Assembly: GCF_036321535.1 (NCBI RefSeq)
Contig: NC_087437.1
Span: 49,540,001-49,604,000 of the forward strand
Length of the DNA stretch: 64,000 nt
Source: Camelus dromedarius
Lineage: Eukaryota
Direction: 5' to 3'
In this document: piece by piece, positions 48,980 through 61,499 of the stretch
Position numbering within the stretch: the first letter of the stretch is position 1
Layout of the letters: each line of letters starts with the position of its first letter
The notes under the pieces: model-generated
Database searches by the model: none
Told to the model about the DNA's origin: nothing
What the model saw: the letters and a program-made list of their open reading frames with translations, nothing else
Position numbers and translations under genes: made by a program

Positions 48980-49303
48980 GTGCTGTGACTACATAAGGTC
49001 ATAACCCCTGTTTTAGGAAATACACACTGAGGTGTTTAGGGGTAAAGGGCTTTGATGTAGGTAATCAATCCTCAAATTGTTCAGAAAAAAATTTCATTTA
49101 TATATAATTTAAAAACTGTTATACATGTATGTATGTATATAGCTATACACACACAGAGCAAGAATGAATGAGCTACAGGGATCAAATGATAATGCAAACA
49201 GTGTTAATAGAATTCAGGTAAAGGGAATATGGGTATTTCTATAATATTTTATTTTTTTGACTTTTTATAAGTTTGAAATTATTACCAAATAAAAAATTTT
49301 TAA
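48980..49303 (+). mobile_element. Old L1 (L1MC4/L1ME-like) 3' end
   Basis: TTTTAGGAAATACACACTGAGGTGTTTAGGGGTAAAGGG...TAAGTTTGAAATTATT...AAATAAAAA. Confidence 0.75.
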
Positions 49304-49604
49304 ATTGTACATGAATGTTTGTCTGGATGTGTACATGTATATTTTTATGGGGAAAGGATTTATTGGTCTCCTTAGTTTCTCATAAGAATCTGTAACTGAA
49401 AAGAGTGGCTGGTATATAGCATCTTGATTTGTGAAGAACAGTTTATCCTTCACTGGAAAGAAGTTTGCTCTGTAAGAGAAAGAAGCATGTAGTGTAGTAC
49501 TGTCTTATCAGTGGTTTTCCTTTCCTCCGTTTCGGCTATCTGTGGGCATCTGCCGTCTGAAAATATTAGATGGAAAATTTCATAAGTAGACAATTCATAA
49601 GCTT

Positions 49605-49797
49605 TATTTACTTATTTAAAATATTTTTATTGAAGTATAGTCAGTTTACAATGTTGTGTCAATTTCTGGGGTACAGCACAATACTTCAGTCGTATAGGAA
49701 CATATATATATTTGTTTCCATATTCTTTTCCACCATAAGTTACTACAAGATATTGACTATGGTTTCCTGTGCTATACAGTATAAACTTGTTGTTTAG
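49605..49797 (-). mobile_element. Young L1 3' end nested in the Tigger element
   Basis: TSD CAATTCATAAGCTT (49591-49604) / CAATTCGTAAGTTT (49798-49811). Confidence 0.92.
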
Positions 49798-50269
49798 CAA
49801 TTCGTAAGTTTTAAATTGCACGCTGTTCTGAGTACTGTGATGAAATTTCTCACCATCCTGCTTCATCCCATCCAGGTCCTGAATCGTCCCTTTGTCCAGA
49901 GTATCCTGCTTGTTAGTCATGTAGTAGCTGCCTCGTTATCAGATCGACTGTCGAGGTAGCTCAGTGCTTGTGTTCAAGTCATCCTTACGCTACTTAGTGA
50001 TGGCCCCAAAGTGAAAGAGCAGTGATGCTGGCCGTTCACATATGCCCAAGAGAAGCCGTAAAGGGCTTCCTTTAAGTGAAAAGGTAAAAGTTCTTGACTT
50101 AATAAGGGAAGAAAGAAGTTTGTATGCTGAGGTTGCTAAGATCTACAGTAAGAATGAATCTTCCTTCTGTGGAATTGTGAATAAAAAAATGAAATTCGTG
50201 CTAGCTTTTCTGTCGCACCTCAAACTGCAAAATTACAGCCACAGTGTGCAATAAGTACTTAGTTAATGT

Positions 50270-50353
50270 GAAAAGAAACAATATATATTTATATGTATAA
50301 CTAAATCACTTTGCTGTACACCTGACACTAACATTGTAAATCACCTATATTCA
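50270..50353 (+). mobile_element. L1 3'-terminal fragment without poly(A), nested in the Tigger element
   Basis: TATGTATAACTAAATCACTTTGCTGTACACCTGACACTAACATTGTAAATCACCTATA. Confidence 0.8.
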
Positions 50354-50689
50354 CATATTTTTTAGACTATATTGTTAGTATTGTTATAGTTTATTATTTG
50401 TTATTGTTGTTAACCTCTTTCTGTACCTAATTTATAAGTTAAACTTTATCATAGGTATGTATGTATAGAAAAAAACCATAGTACACGTAGGGATGAGTAC
50501 TATCTGCATTTTCAGGCATTCTCTGGAGGTCTTGGACACATCCCCTGTGGATAAGGGGGGACTACTGTATTTCCAGCGCATGGATTCCAATTTCCAGTAC
50601 TCAAGTATGCTTTTCACCTTAGCAACCCAGACGTGTGTAATAATTAGCCTGTTCTGTCTGGTTGACCTCTACTCTTGGTTCACTGGGCA

Positions 50690-51097
50690 TTCATTGAGAG
50701 CCTACTGTAGCATATATTCTGCTACAGATATCCAAAGATGAAAAGGTTGTGACTGTTAGTAATTCTTTGTTCCTTAAAAGGCATACAATGATTTTAACTA
50801 GAAGGTACTGAATGTCTCCAAACAGGCATGAATAAGATAGTAAAGGGAGTTCAGAAGATTTTAGGCTGAGGGGTGCTAGGTAGGCTTCCTAAGAGAAGAG
50901 TCATTTAAGCTGGATTTTGCAGGATGTGTGAGCTCTGCAAAGGTGGAGTGTGTGTGTGCGTGTGTGTGTAGAGTGGGCAGATGGGTAAGTATGGGCTGTT
51001 TTGAGGGGATTTTCCATTTGAGTTGGAATGCCTGGCATATATTAGAGAGAATTTGATAACAGAATATTAAAGGTTGGGTTAAGAAATTTGGGTTTAG
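50690..51097 (-). mobile_element. L2 fragment
   Basis: CATTCATTGAGAGCCTACTGT...GGCTTCCTAAGAGAAG...ATTTAAGCTGGATTTTGCAGGATG. Confidence 0.65.
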
Positions 51098-51782
51098 CCT
51101 CCTACACTGTTGGTGGGAATGTAGTTTGGTGCAGCCATTATGGAAAACAGTATGGAGATTCTTCAAAGGACTAAAAATAGACTTACTATATGATTGAACA
51201 ATCTCATTCTTGGGCATATATCCAGAGGGAACCTTAATTCAAAGAGATACATGCACCCCAATGTTCACAGCAGCACTATTTACAATAGCCAAGACATGGA
51301 AACAACCTAAATGTTCATCAACAGAGGACTGGGTGAAGAAGTTGTGGTATATTTATACAATGGAATACTACTCAGCTATAAAAAATAATAAAATAATGCT
51401 ATTTGCAGCAACATGGATGAACCCAGAGACTGTCATTCTACAGTGAAGTAAGCCAGAAAGAGAAAGAACAAACGAACTTATTTGCAAAACAGAAATAGAC
51501 TCACAGACATAGAAAATAAACTTATGGTTACTGGTGGGAAGCAGGTGGAAGGGATAAATTAGGAGTTCAAGATTTGCAGATACTAATATATATAAAATAG
51601 ATAAACAACAAGTTCATACTGTATAGCACAGGGAACTATATTCAATATCTTGTAGTAACTTATGGTGAAAGAGAATATGAAAACGAATATATGTGTGTTC
51701 ATGTATGACTGAAGCATTATGCTGTACACCAGAAATTGACACAACATTGTAAACTGACTATACTTCTATATATATATAGTAT

Positions 51783-51826
<44 letters not shown>

Positions 51827-51833
51827 GAGAAAA
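51098..51833 (+). mobile_element. Lineage-specific L1 3' end with 17-bp TSD
   Basis: [54 protein letters not shown] (51081-51097) / AAGAAACTTGTGTTTAG (51834-51850). Confidence 0.95.
51785..51822 (+). repeat. (TG)19 microsatellite
   Basis: Perfect dinucleotide run read directly. Confidence 0.97.
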
Positions 51834-52781
51834 AAGAAACTTGTGTTTAGTTTACTAGGAAATAGGGTGATACTGAATTTTTGAGCTGGTGAGTAATATC
51901 CCATGATGGTTTGGGAAGACAGACCCAATCTTGATGTGGAGAAGCGACTGAACGCAGGGAGGAATGGGAAGGGGAAATGGGGCCTGACTCTAGGTTCTCC
52001 CTCTGAGTTCTGAGGTACCTGAGGCCGTGGCAGAGGGCAGAAGGCAGGGGGCCAGGGCTCCCAAGGAAAACTGCGGGAGGGATGGAGGCTCCCACCAAAG
52101 GTAGGATGTGTAGAAGTGAGGATGAAGCAAACATCAAAAACCCTCTTCAGCCTGGAGACCAAAGTAGGCTGTCCTGTGGTTCCTGGGCAGGGAGTAGGGG
52201 GTAGAAAGCTGCTCCCAGAACACTCTGTCCTCCCCTCTACGGACCTGTGCCTCCCCTTGTGAGCGCACTTGCAGGGGCCAGGACGTTTGGGTGGGGATGG
52301 TGAAGGTGGTGCTGGGGCTTGCAGCTTGCCCAGTCTCTGGATGGCGTTGCAGCAGCTCTAGACCAGGTCCCTGTGCAGAGGGTTCTCAAGGCTGCCAAAA
52401 TCCAAGGACTCACAGGACCAATCCTTTCGATGTTCAGTTGCCACTGCCCTCTAATTATTCATGCACACTTCAGCGTGGCACAGCTATGAGCTTGCTTCTT
52501 TGCCATGGAAATAAAAACAGCTCCAAGCATCCAGGAGAAAGACAAATGCCAGCTCACCTGATGCAACCAGGCCTTTTATTCTGAGGAGTGTTAGTGCAGT
52601 GTTGAATCTTCACTCCTACATCCCAGTTTTCCAAGAGAAGAGCTGGCTGGGAACACCTCATGTTTCCCCTGGGCGTTAGACCCTGCATGAGGTCCCCCCT
52701 TCTTTTACTCTGAAGTAGATCCCATCAGCCCCCCTGGTCCTCCCTGCCACTGAGGGATTTCTTCTGAGTCAGAAAATTTTA

Positions 52782-52912
52782 GGGGGGTGTATAGCTCAAG
52801 TGGTAGAGCGTATGCTTAGCATGCATGGGGCCCTAGGTTCAAGCCCCAGTACCTCCATTAAAAAAATAATTAATAAATAAACCTAATTACCCCTCCTCAA
52901 TTTTTTTTTTAA
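52782..52912 (+). mobile_element. Camelid tRNA-derived SINE (Vic-1-like), long form
   Basis: GGGGGGTGTATAGCTCAAGTGGTAGAG...AAATAAACCTAATTACCCC; near-TSD AGAAAATTTTAG / AGCAAAATTTAG. Confidence 0.93.
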
Positions 52913-52924
52913 AGCAAAATTTAG

Positions 52925-53070
52925 AACTGAAACAGAATTTAGAGGTCATCTACTTCAATTCTGTCCTTGGTATGAATAGGAACTAGAGGTCTCTAAAAGT
53001 TGGTTGACTTGTCCAAGGTTGTACAGACAGGGCAAAGTACAACCAGAATCCAGATCTCCTGGCTCCCTGG
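52925..53070 (-). mobile_element. MIR SINE fragment
   Basis: TTTAGAGGTCATCTA...TGACTTGTCCAAGGT...AGAATCCAGATCTCCTG. Confidence 0.65.
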
Positions 53071-55577
53071 CCAGGGTTAACAAGTTGTGGGCCCCCTGAA
53101 AGTTTCTTACAGGCTCTTAGAGCTCATCTTTTTTTCCTGGAACTTTCTGTAGGAGGGGTCTCATGAACAGCAGACCCAAGGGGAGATTCTCAAAGGTGTT
53201 GCCCCAGTGGGATTGGAGAAATAATCAGACGAGGTGTTCTGAAAGAATCAGATGGGCCAGCATCTCCAAAAACCTTAAAGGAATTGGAAGGATCTGGTAT
53301 TTTACAAGATCTGAAACAGGTGTCTTGTTTGTTCACAGAATCTTTTCAGAGAAAGCCATAATGCATCCTGAAAGAGAGGAGAAAATCATAAAGTTTTAAG
53401 CAGATTAGATAGTTGAGATTAGCTTTTTGTGATCTTGCAACGTTTTCATTTCTTCCCAAATCATATAATGCTGAGCACGTTGAGCAATCAGGTGAAAATC
53501 ACATGCAAACAGAGTCTAAGTACTGATAAGAATCCTAAAGGTAAACAGTGAATTCCTACTAATGGCTAAGTCACTAAGGTAAGATCCAGTCTAAATACAC
53601 ACCCTTGGTTAAATAGAGTTTCATTAGCTCAGGTTACAGTGGCTCAGGGAAATCTTTCCTTTATGCCTGTCAAGTGAAATTAATTATATATCATCCATCA
53701 ATCATTCCTGCCATAGGAGGGCTCTGGGGATATTAAGGATTCCATGGAGGCTCTCCCACCCGGCGCCACCCCCGTAGTCCCCACCCCACCGGCAGCACTC
53801 TGGGCATATTTTGGTGCCCATAGCTAAAAGTTCCTTGGATTTTCTGGGAAGTCACAGCCATGGTTTTTACTGATAACCTGTAAAAGTTTCCTTTTTCAAA
53901 ATTTGACACTCTGTGCGCTTCAAGTTACTGACAAATATTTGACTTTGCAGAGTATATCTCAGACTGCATAGCAAATTAGATTCTTGCAAGTGTCTGATAA
54001 TTTTGTTTTTGTTGAATAAGTAATGCAAATAGTTCAAAACCATTCAAAGATAAAATAATTTTTAAAAGTATATATTTTTACCACCACATTAAACCATTGT
54101 TAGGATTTTAATATATTTCCTGCCATCGATTTTTCTTTTGTTTTCTCTTTTTTCTCCTTATTACAAAAACAATGCATGTATATGTAGCGTATGAAATTCA
54201 AAAAATATGGATAAGAAAAGAACTTAAAAACTGGCCATTTACTCATTTATCTTGACATAATCAAGCCTCCTAGTCTTTCACATTCATGTATTTTAGTTTA
54301 CTTAGTTCTAATCATATTGCAAAGCTGCCTTTTCACTTACCTTGTGAAAAAATACATCTAATTTTAAAATTGATTTTTAATCAAAGAAATACATATATCT
54401 GCTTGAAAATCAAATAGCATATAGTCACTTTATTGATGATTTAGTAGTCTCTATTGGATGTTAATTTGATAATTATTCTATTATAGATGAGATAATTTGA
54501 TTTTATTGGTTTTATATCTAAGGTTTTTTCCTCTTTTAGTATTTTATTCATCACATACTTAGTAGGCATATATCTGGTGTAGGCACTAGGTTAGGCATTA
54601 AAGAAAAATGTATTTGTTTATTTAAAAAAATTACTGTGTCTTATGAGCCAGACAGTGTTCTAGGCACTTGGGGTATAGCAATCAACAAACCAGACAAAAA
54701 TCTCTGGCTTCTCAGAGTTTAAGTTCTGGTGGGGATGAACCAGAGATAGTCTTTGCTGAGATCAAAATATAGCATCTTTAGGAAATAAGAGTAGCAAAAA
54801 GTTAGTACCCATATTTAATTCTTATGAATGTCTACTCTTTTATGAGTACATGTATATGAGCATATCTATTTCAGCTGATTAGGAAACAAGAGGAACAAGA
54901 CATCCTCCCCTCTTCTCAATGGGCATATAGTCCAGTGTCTCTAAGAAGGCATTTGGGGGCCCTGGGAAATTAGCATCCCCAAATGGATATAGAGATGCTC
55001 GTCCTGCTACCCCACTGAATGAGTGTGAAATCAAACACAATGAATCCGCAAGTGATTTGCAAACTTTGGCCTAATGGAAAAATTGGTATTATTAGTGCTC
55101 TCAGCAGCAGAGAGACCTGTAACACATCTGTAAAAAGGAGACAGTAATACCTGAGAGTGATTGCTAAGGGCCAGGTGGGCAAACCACCTACTGGGTGAAT
55201 TTTCCCAACGCAGGAGACATTTTTACCTGTCAGAAAAGACTTGGCCACAATTAAGAATTTATCCTTCCCAGAAGTAAAGTCATTCAGTAAATAAGGCCCC
55301 TATGATAAAAATATTTTAGTATCGCTTAACATCTTACTGTATCACCCCACTAATTCTCACAATAGCTATATGTTTTCAAAAAAACTCGCTCTGACTGTCG
55401 TCCTTTCCCCTAATTTGATGGTTCTCAAACTTTGGTGAGTATGAGAATCCCGCAGGAACTTGATAAACATCCCAGGGCCAGGTCTTATCCTCGGTGCTCT
55501 TCATTGGCTTTCCAGTTTGATCTGATACACACCAGCACTGAAAATTAGTAACTTTAGCCTACTTACAATCTGACACG

Positions 55578-55678
55578 TTTATTTTGTTTTATTTTGGTTA
55601 ATGGAGGTACTGGAGATTGAACCCAGGACCTTGCACACGCTAAGCATGTTCTCTACCGCTGAGCTATACCCTACCCCC
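55578..55678 (-). mobile_element. Camelid tRNA-derived SINE (Vic-1-like), short form
   Basis: GGAGGTACTGGAGATTGAACCCAGGACC...CTCTACCGCTGAGCTATACCC. Confidence 0.92.
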
Positions 55679-56679
55679 AGTCTGGCAGTTTTCGGAGCTG
55701 AAAAATACCTGGAAAGTGTCCTGTGGATGCCTCCACTTTACAAGGAAGGGGGCAGATGTTTAGCTTTGTTCAGTGGCTTGTCTAGGGTTGCACAGCCAGC
55801 CAGTGTCTGAGCCATTGCCCAAGCACAGGTCTTTCGACTGGGTTGAGCAACGTGTTGCACCCTCCTTTATGCCATTTTGGAGCCTCTGGGTGCAGGAGTG
55901 TCCATGTGACTGTTAAGTGTTGGTGGCGCACAGCCATCAGCTCTTGTATTGGAAGCAAGCGTGGTTTCCCAGAGAAATGCTGCCCTTCAGAGCTTCTAGC
56001 AGTGCCTTACCTAACCACAAAAGTACTCATTTTGTCTGATGACAATGTATTCTATGTAGTGGCCCCCAAGATAAGTTTTTAAAGCACTGTAAAATTTGCA
56101 GCTGAACATTAGAGATTTCCAAATGAATCTGTCCAAACTAGAACCTTATCCTTTCCCATAAAAGAGCATTTCTCTATCCATCAAGGTCTTTTGCTTCTTC
56201 AATCTTCCCCCTAAAACTAAAAGCCTCTATCAGCCTTCTCTGGTTCATTCTGAGTCTGATGCTGGGATTCTGACTAATATTCCTGCAATCTGAATCTACA
56301 CACTGTAAATCATACAGCTGCAAGATGGCATTTATTAATATGCTGTTTCTGTTTTTATTTTTCCTGAGGGACAAACGGGGTAAGTAGTAATGTGTTTTCA
56401 ATATTGATTCAAATAAAAATGGGGTCTTGGAGCAGTCTTTTAAGAAATTATTCCGTGGTAATATTAGCACAGCTGAGCAAACACCTATGTACAAGGGGGT
56501 TAAACACAGTACTTTTGTCATAGCAAAAATAAATAAATAAACAAACAATGGAAGGAAAACAGTTATCTGTGGATGTGGTATTTGATTAGCTAAATAGGAT
56601 TTGTATAGGCTAGAATACTTTATGGCATTAAAAATGAGTGAAAGCTATATTGCTTGGTGATAGGAAAATGCAAAATAGT

Positions 56680-57650
56680 CACAGGAAAAGATGCTCTACA
56701 TTACTAGTCATCAGGGAAATGTAAATCAAAACCACAGTGAGGTATCACCTCACACCTGTCAGAATGGCTCTCATCAGAAAGACAAGAAATAACCAGTGCT
56801 GGTGAGGATGTGGAGAAAAGGGAACCCTCCTCCACTATTGGCGGGAATGTAAATTGGTGCAGCCACTATGGAAAACAGTATGGAAGAGTTCCTCAAAAAA
56901 TTAAAAATAGAACTACCATATTATCCAGCAATACCACTCTTGGGTATTTATTCAAAGAAAGCCAAAACATGATGACTGTTTGTTGAGTGAATAAACAAAT
57001 GTTAATTAAAAAAAAGAAAGAAAACCAAAACACTAACTGGAAAAGATACATGCACTCCTATGTTCACTGTAGCACTATTTACAATTGCCAAGATATGGAA
57101 GCAACTTAAGTGTCCATTGATAAATGAGTGAATAAAGAAGATGTGGCGTACATATACAATAGAATATTAGCCATAAAAAGAATGAAATCTTGCCATTTGT
57201 GATAAGATGGATGGACCTAGAGGATATTATGCTAAGCGAAATAAGTCAAGCTGAGAAAGACAGCTTTCGTATGATCTCACTTATATGTGGAATCTAAAAA
57301 CAAAACAAGCAAACAAACAAAACAAAACAAAACAAAACAAAACCAGGCTTATTGATACAGAGAACAAACCAGTGGTTGCCTAAAGGGAGAGGGGGCATGG
57401 GCAAAATGGGTGAAGAGAATTAAGAGGCACAAACTTTCAGTTATAAAATAAATAAGTCATAAAGATATAATGTACAGCATAAGAAATACAGTCAATAATA
57501 TTGTAATAGTTTTGTATGGTGACAAATGGTTTCTAGATTTATCGTGGTGATCATTTCATAATGTATTTAAATGTTGAATCACTATGCCATACACCTGAAA
57601 CTTAATACTGTACATTAACTATATGTCAATAAAAAATGAAAGCTTCCCCC
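56680..57650 (+). mobile_element. L1 3' end (L1MA-like) with 15-bp TSD
   Basis: CATCAGGGAAATGTAAATCAAAACCACAGTGAGGTATCACCTCACACCTG...CAATAAAAAA; TSD AAAATGCAAAATAGT (56665-56679) / AAAATGCAAAATTGT (57651-57665). Confidence 0.93.
56970..57016 (+). other. 47-bp non-L1 polyadenylated insertion with 16-bp TSD
   Basis: AATAAA at 56990-56995, A8 at 57008-57015, flanked by AAAGAAAGCCAAAACA / AAAGAAAACCAAAACA. Confidence 0.8.
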
Positions 57651-58779
57651 AAAATGCAAAATTGTATGTATTGTTTATTTGTTTATGTATGTGTGGATTA
57701 ACGTTATCTATCTGCCTATTTCTTACCAAGAATTCTAAAAATCAGAAGTCAGAGGTGACACCACATTGCTAACTGGTTATCTTTGACAGGTGAGGTTAGA
57801 AAGGATTTATTCTCTGTAATACTGTTTACAGTTGTTCATTGCATGTGTAACTATTGTAATCAGGTGAAAAGTAAAACTAGCATATGAAAAAAAAGCATAT
57901 GTTTTTCTCAAAGATGATTTCTTATATTTAAAAAAAAACCCCTTTCTCCTGGTCCAGGTTTTACACCCAGGCAACGTCAAGGAGGCTTTCCTTCTGCAGC
58001 CTTTTGGAGAGGACAATTACAGACGCAGCCAGAATCTGGGGGAGGCCAGCCCGAGGTAGTTAGGGCTAATTTAATGCAAAAGGCTGGATGGGTTTGAGGG
58101 AATATTTTCAACTGGAGATTTCTGGTTCCAGGAAGAAGTTAATATGAATGGGAATGCAGATTTCTGGTGAGGAGGCGATAAAGGCCTTCATTATCTTCAA
58201 TTAGTACTCACCGAGGGGACTGTGAGCGCAGCCTGTGGGCTGGGAGCTGAATCTTGGATCCTTCAGCTGCAGGCCTCCAGGCCTTTCACCTTGCTGCCTA
58301 CGACTGTGAATTTAGCACTTTTCTGTGGGGCTGGCTGGGGGTCTGTCAGGCTCTCCTCACTTTATGTCTAAGCATGTGTGTGCTTTCCCTCCCTCACCAA
58401 ACTGTGAACTCCCTGCGTGCAGGACCACTCATGTGCAAATTACACAACTAGAATCTGGAGCAGGGCTGGCCCAGAATAGGTGCCCAGGGAGTACTTAAGC
58501 AGCTGTGGCACTTCCTTGCGCAAACTCCCTTTGTTTCTCCATTTCTTACCAAGTAAAGGACAACTTTCCCGGGACCAGCTTCCAACTAACTTCCCAGCTT
58601 TCTCTCGACTTGTCTCCTTAAAGGCACCCTGTGCTCTGGAGAACTGTGATTGGGAGCTGATCCCTGAATAGAGTCAGGGTCCTCCCTCCTAGCTAGAGCC
58701 TGACTCATCGTCACCTTCAGAATAAAATCCAAGTTTTGGATTCAATGCCTTTCATTGAAGCTGTGCAGCCAGGACAGAG

Positions 58780-58975
58780 AAATGGTAGAGTGGTTCATCA
58801 CGTGTTCTCCGGAGAAATTCAAGTCCCAGTTCCCCAACTAGGAACTCTGACCTTGGGTAAATTACTCATTCTGGGGAATGGGAATAAGAATAATACCTAC
58901 CTGTAGATTGTTACTGAGTAATTTGTTTTAGCTTGGCTCTATGGAATGGGCTAATGCTGGATATTGTTATTATTA
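58780..58975 (+). mobile_element. MIR SINE
   Basis: TTCAAGTCCCAG...TGACCTTGGGTAAATTACT...ATAATACCTACCT. Confidence 0.7.
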
Positions 58976-59389
58976 TTTACTTAACTTCTTTATGTTAATA
59001 ACCTACCCCCCCACCACCACCACCCAAGGCATTTGAATTTGCTACATAAATTAGGAGGAATGAAACTGTTGGCTATATGGGGGTAGGGATCAGGGAAGAA
59101 CAGCCTATGGTGAATGATCCTTGAACTTCTTAAAAGTTAGGTTGGAATTAAAGACTGAAGGACTTTGAAAACCTAGCTAAAGATTTTGTTTATGGTATAT
59201 AGTCAATGAACTTTGACGAGTAATAAAATATTTTGACAAGATAATTGGCCCAACCTCCCCGGTTCATCAGGTATTTTTCTTCTAATTCTCCCCAATATGA
59301 TGATGAGAATGACTATTATTATGAATAACAGTTACAATTTATTAAATACTGATTTTATGCCATCTACTGGGTTAAATGCTTTAAATTTT

Positions 59390-59560
59390 ATTTACTAATT
59401 CACTCATTCATGTACTCATTCAACAAACATTTGTTGAGCTAGTCACTGAAGCAGACGTTTGGGGATAGCGGTAAATGAGACTGACAGGTCCTTCCCCCAT
59501 GGAACTTCCACTTTACTGGGGATTCAGACAATAGGCAAGAAAGCACATACATATATTATC
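59390..59560 (-). mobile_element. L2 3' end
   Basis: CATTCAACAAACATTTGTTGAGC...GGGGATAGCGGTAAATGAGAC...CATGGAACTT. Confidence 0.75.
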
Positions 59561-59999
59561 CTAAGTTTTGTGAAAAACAGAGCTTGGCCCATGTGCCATT
59601 CCTGTTAGCTGGTGCTGTAATCAAAATCAGATCCCAACTCACTTTTCCATCTTGCTTTCCCATAACATACTCCCAAGCACCATGTCCTCCAGCTCCACGG
59701 AACTTCTTCCTGGATTTTTCTGCCTCTATGTCTGTGCCCATATGGTTCCCTCTAACAAAATATGCTGCTGTGTATTTTTGCCTTTTGAAGGTTCCACGCA
59801 TACTTCACCCTCCTTTTCCAACACCACCTCCTCTAGGAGCCTTTTTGGTCCTCCCACCGGGGACAAGCTACTCCTCCCTGCATGCTGCAGCGTTTGTATT
59901 TAGACTTCGCTTCGAGCATTTACCTCACCTGAATATTTAATACGATTATTTATACATGTTGTACTAGACTGTCAGCTGCTTGTTTCCCGCTTCTGTTAA

Positions 60000-60690
60000 C
60001 TTGCATCTCTTACCTGTTTTAACTCAACTGGTCTGGAGTAGCCAGACTTGCTCTTTTATAGTCTCCTCTGTAAACCAGGGATCCCGCGTCTTCTTTTTCA
60101 TTCTTTTCTCTCCAGCTGATCCCATCCGTGTGTCTGAGTACACAGTTGAGAACAGCTGCTGACAGAGTGGTCTTTCTGAGAGGCAAATCTGCAAATTTCA
60201 CTGCCTTAAAACTTGTTGGTGGTTCTCACAGTGAAGATAAAATCCACATCCTCTGGCCTGGTGCACACAAGCTCTGTCATAACCCAGACCTGCTCAGACC
60301 TCCAGCCTCATGTCTCACTCTGCCTCTCCCACTAGCTCCAACTCTACCCAATCGCTCACCAGCGGTCTCTTCAGTCTCCATCCTGCAGTGGCCTCTGCCA
60401 TATCCTCTGCTGGAAGCTCTCCTAACTCCTGCTAATCTTCCAGGTCTCAATTTAGATGGCCCCCTCTAGAAAACCATCCTTGATTTCTCGTAGGGCTCCT
60501 ATGTGCTTACTCTTGATCAAGATGTCTTCAGTCCTTACTGTGATCACATATTTAAGGGTCTGTTTTCACTGCGACACTGTTAAGGTCTACGAGGGAAGCA
60601 CCCCGCTATAGTTGTTCACTGTGGTATCCCTGGAGTCTAATTAGTGCTTGATGCACAGTAGAATCTGAATGAATACTTATTGAATGATCT
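60000..60690 (+). mobile_element. L2 3' region
   Basis: CAGAGTGGTCTTTCT...GATAAAATCCACATCCT...TTCCAGGTCTCAATTTAGATG...GAATACTTATTGAATGA. Confidence 0.75.
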
Positions 60691-61499
60691 CTCTTTGCAC
60701 CCCCCAAAGTCCTCCTCCAACTTTTGGGTGGGTTTAAAAATACACATGTAACGTGAAGACATGTTTATTGTAAAAGAAATTCGAACAAAACAGAATGTTT
60801 GAATGCAAATACAGGCTCCCTTTTATCCCACCCCTCATCCTCTCTCCCCAGTTCTACTCTCGTGCCTGGGATGTTAATGATTTAACGTGTATCTTTCCAT
60901 CTCTTTACACTGCACGTGCCCCTGTGCACACAGACCTAACACAGCCCAGGCTCCCAAACCCACATGGAGTGTCCCAGTAAACCAAAACGGAGTAATATTT
61001 AGGTGGTGTTCTACTCCTTATGTCTGCTTTCTTATTCAGTACATTTCGGAGGTTTTCCTGTTTCCCATGTCGATGTACCCCAACTACCTCATTCTTTTAA
61101 TAGCTGTTGTATTCCTCAGTAAGGCTGCAGCATAGCTGGTTTGTTCATGCCCCGTTGGCACGCTTTGTGTGCTCATCCTGGACTCACAAATGCCAGTCTA
61201 GTTGTAGGACAGGTTTCTAGAAGTGGAGTTGCTGGCTCATAGAATGTATGCATCTGACATTTTTTTCAGTTGTCAGCTATTTCTTCACATAGGTCTTAGT
61301 GGGAGGATTACAAGTTCTCAAAATGTTTAATTTGTCAACCTGGCCCTTGGCAAAACTCTGAGAAGGGGGAAATTTATCTTTGTATCACGTTTGACCCCTT
61401 TAGATTATACTCTTCTGCCCCGCCTTCTCTCTCTCCCTCCCATCCCACCAGATGCACCCACCTCACCCCATCTGATGGATAAATTTAGCAATTTCTAGT

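Larger units (their letters stand above)
49493..50567 (+). mobile_element. Tigger7/MER44-family Tc1-mariner (pogo) DNA transposon derivative
   Basis: Right TIR GGATAAGGGGGGACTACTG followed by TA; degenerate left TIR; transposase N-terminal HTH-like remnant MPKRSRKGLPLSEKVKVLDLIR (ORF 50042-50254). Confidence 0.9.
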
